Of a DNA stretch of 64,000 nucleotides, positions 60,012-64,000 are shown piece after piece. The stretch is from Bacteroidota bacterium (GTDB lineage Bacteria; Bacteroidota; Bacteroidia; Bacteroidales; JAAAOM01), in contig JAAAOM010000011.1 of NCBI GenBank assembly GCA_009908855.1, positions 52,974-116,973 on the forward strand, given 5' to 3'. The number at the start of each line of letters is the position of its first letter. Within the stretch, counting starts at the first letter, position 1. The position numbers and the translations under genes were made by a program. The notes beneath the pieces are model-generated. The model made no database searches. It was given only the letters and a program-made list of their open reading frames with translations, and had not been told where the DNA came from.

Positions 60012-61072
60012 AACCATTTTTTCCTTCTGAAATAAAACAACATCCATCCGGCAATGATTACCAATGCTCCCCAAAAAATAAAATAGCTGTATTTATAATT
60101 AAATTCCGGTATGTAACTGAAGTTAGTACCGTAAATGCCGGCAACAAATGTCAACGGAATAAATATACTGGCAAATATAGTTAAAACCCTCATAATCTCG
60201 TTGGTACGGTTACTCTGGTTGGAGAATAACACATTTTGATAATCAGTGAGTAAAACCTCGTAACTATCCAGTGCATCGAAACATTGATTAACCAGGTCGT
60301 GCAGGTCTTTAATAAACTTGTGAATGGATTTATCGAAATGTGGATACTCGGTTTTAGACCATTGGTTCATTAGTTCGCGCAGGGGCCGTATATGCCTGCG
60401 CAGGTAATTTAGTTCTGTTTTAATATGAAAAAGTTGTTGGGCCAGTTTGTTATCACTGGATTTTAGCACGGCCAGTCCCAGTTTTTCTACTTCGTCGCCT
60501 AACTGTTCAATAATGGTTAAATAGTTATCTACAATGGTATCCATAAGGGCATATACCAGATAAGCTGCTTTGCGGGTACGTATTTTACCCCTGCTTTTAT
60601 TGATACGGTCTTTTACAGGATTAAAAAGCTCTCCACGGCGTTCATGAAATACAATTACTTTATTTTCATGAAGCATGATGGATACTTGTTCAGCACTTAC
60701 TTTTTGTTCAGTTTTATCATACGATAAATCTTTTAAAATAAAAACAGGGTGTTCATTCTCCTCAGTTAACTTAGGGCGTTGGTCGGTGTTCAGAATATCC
60801 TCTAAAATAAGCGGGTCAATGGAAAATATTTCACCAATGGTCTGTATCAATTTGGTGTCGTGCAATCCGTAAACATTAATCCAGTTTACACGATGGTCAT
60901 CCATTTCTGTTTTTAGTTGTTCAGGGGTAATTTCAATTTCTGTAAAAAGTTCATCCGTGTTGAATTTAAACAAGGTAACAATAGATTTTTTCATTTTTTG
61001 GGAACCGATGTGAATTAGGGTTCCGGGAGGTTCGCCTTTACTTTTTAAACGTGGTAGTATGAATCGCGCCAT
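60008..61072 (-). CDS. corA: CorA-family divalent metal transporter with a GTN (not GMN) signature
   Basis: 354 aa with two C-terminal TM helices. The loop motif is YGTNF (codons 60122-60130), where CorA normally has YGMNF. Confidence 0.85.
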   Translation of the reverse strand: MARFILPRLKSKGEPPGTLIHIGSQKMKKSIVTLFKFNTDELFTEIEITPEQLKTEMDDHRVNWINVYGLHDTKLIQTIGEIFSIDPLILEDILNTDQRPKLTEENEHPVFILKDLSYDKTEQKVSAEQVSIMLHENKVIVFHERRGELFNPVKDRINKSRGKIRTRKAAYLVYALMDTIVDNYLTIIEQLGDEVEKLGLAVLKSSDNKLAQQLFHIKTELNYLRRHIRPLRELMNQWSKTEYPHFDKSIHKFIKDLHDLVNQCFDALDSYEVLLTDYQNVLFSNQSNRTNEIMRVLTIFASIFIPLTFVAGIYGTNFSYIPEFNYKYSYFIFWGALVIIAGWMLFYFRRKKWF

Positions 61073-61114
61073 AATATTTCCTTATTTTGTTGCGAAATAA
61101 AAATACAAATTCTC

Positions 61115-61600
61115 ATGAAGAAAATTATTTTAGTCGGTATGATCGTTTTGTGCGGCGCACAGGCATATTCTCAATCCGGTAATGTATTGGAACAGTTGTT
61201 CACCCAACCATTTCCGCATCCATTGTCTGCTGAATCATTTATCAATGAGCTGGGGATATTTACCAAAATTAAGCAGGAACAAACCAACAATGTTCATTAT
61301 CCTGAAGTTAAGGATACGCTTACGCATATAAAGTATTTCAAATCCAACATTCAACTGTATGAAGCGCAGGATAAAACATTGTTGGTTGAGTTTCACATTC
61401 AGAATCGCCGGGTAAAACTGATAAAAGATATTCATAAAGGCATAAAGCGGGAAGAATTAACAAAAATTTTAAACGAACCAGTTCCGATTGAAGGAGATAC
61501 GGTTACTTTTGCAGACGCGGAACAAACTGTAAAAATGGATTTTGTTTTTAACAAGTGGAACCGGTTAAAGGCTATAAACTATAAATCGAAGATATTTTAG
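61115..61600 (+). CDS. Hypothetical secreted protein
   Basis: 161-aa ORF with a signal peptide. Confidence 0.55.
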   Translation: MKKIILVGMIVLCGAQAYSQSGNVLEQLFTQPFPHPLSAESFINELGIFTKIKQEQTNNVHYPEVKDTLTHIKYFKSNIQLYEAQDKTLLVEFHIQNRRVKLIKDIHKGIKREELTKILNEPVPIEGDTVTFADAEQTVKMDFVFNKWNRLKAINYKSKIF

Positions 61601-61606
61601 CAGCGT

Positions 61607-62218
61607 ATGAACAAAAAGATGATTTACCTGGTACGCCATGGTGAAACGGAGTGGAATGTAGAAAGACGTTACCAGGGACAGTTAAATAGTAATTTAACAA
61701 ACTTAGGAAAGGAGCAGGCCGGGCAAACCGGGATGTTGTTGAAGAACACGCTCATCGATCTGCACATTAGCAGTGATTTACCCCGTGCCAAACAAACAGC
61801 CGATATTATTGCTGAAACTATTAACAAACCTGTTGACCGGACACATCAGGAAATCCGAGAACGTCATTTTGGTGAACTGCAGGGCCTGCAACGTGATGAG
61901 ATAGGGAAGCAGCTTCCTGAGCTGGAAGGAGATTTGTTTGCCAGTAATCCTGATCTAAAAATTCCCGGAGGCGAATCATTTTATGAGTTCTATAACCGGA
62001 TTGTACCTTTTTTCGATAATCTTGCACAATTCGAACAAGCCAATAAAATACTGGCAGTGGTGCATGGCGGTGTACTCAATTGTATGTTCAGGCATGTACT
62101 GGGCATTTCTCTTAGTCAGACACGTAATTTCTCCTTAAAAAACGCCAGCATCAATACTTTCAGCTACGATGATAAAGGTTGGCATCTCGAAGCGTGGGGT
62201 GTTACACATATTATTTAA
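61607..62218 (+). CDS. Histidine phosphatase family protein (phosphoglycerate mutase-like)
   Basis: LVRHGETEWN catalytic motif and a C-terminal VVHGG. Confidence 0.88.
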   Translation: MNKKMIYLVRHGETEWNVERRYQGQLNSNLTNLGKEQAGQTGMLLKNTLIDLHISSDLPRAKQTADIIAETINKPVDRTHQEIRERHFGELQGLQRDEIGKQLPELEGDLFASNPDLKIPGGESFYEFYNRIVPFFDNLAQFEQANKILAVVHGGVLNCMFRHVLGISLSQTRNFSLKNASINTFSYDDKGWHLEAWGVTHII

Positions 62219-62325
62219 TTGATTCAGTCAGTTGGCTTACCATTATTTATTCAAAATTAATTTTAATAGCTGCCTGTTTATATGTTAGCCTGATTTGTTA
62301 AGAATGGATAATTGTCCGCTTAGCT

Positions 62326-62745
62326 TCAGGGATACTTTTTTAATAACCACTTTTTGGCATTTTCCTCATTGTTAAATAACATAAAATCCAATTGAGGTTT
62401 TAATATCGACAATTTACCAGCTTCGGCGCGTGCCTGTCCAAAAATATTATGCGGAAGTACAACAGCCATTTTTTGAATATTTAATTGCATGAATGGTTTC
62501 AATAATGAATTTTCAAGCCAGTTTGGTTGTTCCGGATTTAAAAAGTAGTTGGTATTCTTATAAATAACCAGTAGATGTTGTATTCTTTTGTCCTGAAAGT
62601 CGGACTTTAGATTTAATATTTCTTCTTCAATATCAACCTGCTGAACATTTTTATATGCCGGTTTCCAGTTAATCGTCAACAAATCCTGATCTTTTCGGTA
62701 TTGCGATTCAATTAATGATGTATCAATAATTCTAAATCCTTCCAT
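62326..62745 (-). CDS. Hypothetical protein
   Basis: 139-aa ORF. No family recognised. Confidence 0.5.
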   Translation of the reverse strand: MEGFRIIDTSLIESQYRKDQDLLTINWKPAYKNVQQVDIEEEILNLKSDFQDKRIQHLLVIYKNTNYFLNPEQPNWLENSLLKPFMQLNIQKMAVVLPHNIFGQARAEAGKLSILKPQLDFMLFNNEENAKKWLLKKYP

Positions 62746-62768
62746 AATTTTATTGTTTAATAATTATA

Positions 62769-63605
62769 TCAAGACTGCTCATTTCTTCTTCTCAACGCCT
62801 TATGCGTGTTAACATGGCTGTATTTCATAAATGCTACAAATACAACGCCACCTATTAAATTTCCAATGGTTGCCCATCCCAGCGCTCTGAAATAATCGCC
62901 TAATTCGATGGAGGGGGATAAAATAAAACCTGTATATACTTCAATGGAGCCTACTATACAGTGATGCAACTTACCAATACCAATTACACTGGTGATCAGT
63001 GAAATAATAAAAATACGACTAATCGTATCCTGCGAGGAAGTAACTAACCACGAAAGCAGTCCCATAAGCCAACCGGCCAGCATACCGCTGCCCAATATGA
63101 TATATGCATTATGGTTGATATAATCGTGAGCCAGTTCAATTAAAACATTGGTTTCAATGATATTCATTTTAACGGGTAAAACCGATAGTATGTAACTAAA
63201 AGCCAAGCCACCTATGATATTACCAATAAATATGACAAGCCATAGTCTTAATAAGCTGGGTAATGATGCCCTGCGGTTGAGCACAGGAATGACCGCCAAT
63301 GTGGTATGCTCGGTAAACAATTCCGATTTACCCAGGATAACAAATATAAACCCCAACGGGTAGGCTAAGGCTTGAATAACGTGCAGAAAATCATGCGGTA
63401 TTACATCGTTGAAAATGGTAAGGAGCGTTGCTATTAGAAGTACACTAAAACCAAGTTCGAGACCTGCCGATATGGCCGAGATAAACACATCAGTTGTGGG
63501 CCGGCGGTGTTCACGAAGTGCCAGTTCGCTTTGTTCCGATAATATCTCCTCTATATCCTTGGGCTTATTCAGGGCTTCTTTCAGGTCTCTTATTCGTCTT
63601 TCCAT
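62769..63605 (-). CDS. Formate/nitrite transporter (FNT) family protein
   Basis: 278 aa, six TM, with FTEHTTLAV and NLIGG-type segments. Confidence 0.8.
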   Translation of the reverse strand: MERRIRDLKEALNKPKDIEEILSEQSELALREHRRPTTDVFISAISAGLELGFSVLLIATLLTIFNDVIPHDFLHVIQALAYPLGFIFVILGKSELFTEHTTLAVIPVLNRRASLPSLLRLWLVIFIGNIIGGLAFSYILSVLPVKMNIIETNVLIELAHDYINHNAYIILGSGMLAGWLMGLLSWLVTSSQDTISRIFIISLITSVIGIGKLHHCIVGSIEVYTGFILSPSIELGDYFRALGWATIGNLIGGVVFVAFMKYSHVNTHKALRRRNEQS

Positions 63606-63803
63606 ACCTTACATTTTGCAAAAGCATTGCCAGGCTTTTAAAGACTGATATGAGTAAGGAAAAATGAACAAACTTCCTCAAATATGAGGAAAACATTCCA
63701 CACCATCTACAGGACATCAGGATTTTGCAGAACTGGTATAGTATTCGTATGTATAACCAGGAATAACAGCAATACACAAAGAGAAGTGAAAAATAATATA
63801 ATT

Positions 63804-64000
63804 ATGAAGATTACAAGTATAAATCCATTTACACAAAAAGTATTAGAATCCTTTGATGAATACGCGGACGAGCAACTTGAGGTAATACTAAAAAAAGCTA
63901 CAAGTGCTTATGACAATTGGCGGCATGCCAATCCTGAAACACGAAAAAACTATATGTGCAAGGTGGCTGAGATACTGCGTATGAACAAGGAAAAATATGC
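63804..64000 (+). CDS. NAD(P)-dependent aldehyde dehydrogenase, succinate-semialdehyde-dehydrogenase-like (N-terminal fragment, runs off the window)
   Basis: Manual translation from ATG 63804: MKITSINPFTQKVLESFDEYADEQLEVILKKATSAYDNWRHANPETRKNYMCKVAEILRMNKEKY, a typical ALDH N-terminus. Confidence 0.7.
   Translation, partial: MKITSINPFTQKVLESFDEYADEQLEVILKKATSAYDNWRHANPETRKNYMCKVAEILRMNKEKY

Overview
This 64 kb chromosomal segment looks like a Bacteroidota genome. It is roughly 40% GC by eye and carries lipoprotein-type signal peptides, MlaEFD, a sigma-54 activator, a CarboxypepD_reg-type outer-membrane barrel and a four-helix-bundle / 23S-IVS-type gene. I can support about 62 protein-coding genes, two of them cut by the window edges, packed densely on both strands. 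I saw no rRNA, tRNA, CRISPR array, transposase or integrase. Content is mostly housekeeping, with a visible concentration of envelope, osmotic and oxidative stress functions: fused trehalose-6-P synthase/phosphatase, MscS, a multi-BON OsmY-like protein, three tandem-USP proteins, Cu/Zn SOD, YceI, YtxH, FtsH and a DJ-1-like protein. The most unusual object is a 434-bp, perfectly phased array of 62 heptanucleotide units (AGTRRRN). It begins just after the stop codon of an lpoB-like gene and ends inside the start codon of a four-helix-bundle (23S rRNA IVS / Avd-like) gene. The whole cassette of about 0.95 kb sits between two lipoprotein genes that look like operon partners. Other items worth follow-up are:
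- a dinB / XRE-S24 (LexA-like) / SRAP damage-response module with a candidate operator
- an amidoligase plus GATase-like thiol-peptidase pair
- a 135-bp palindromic REP/MITE-like element
- a GC-rich structured intergenic segment
- a sigma-54-type promoter in front of a tiny hyper-charged ORF
- active-site variants (CorA GTN, DJ-1 Cys to Asn)
All functional calls come from motif recognition by eye and from memory of protein families. None was verified by a search.
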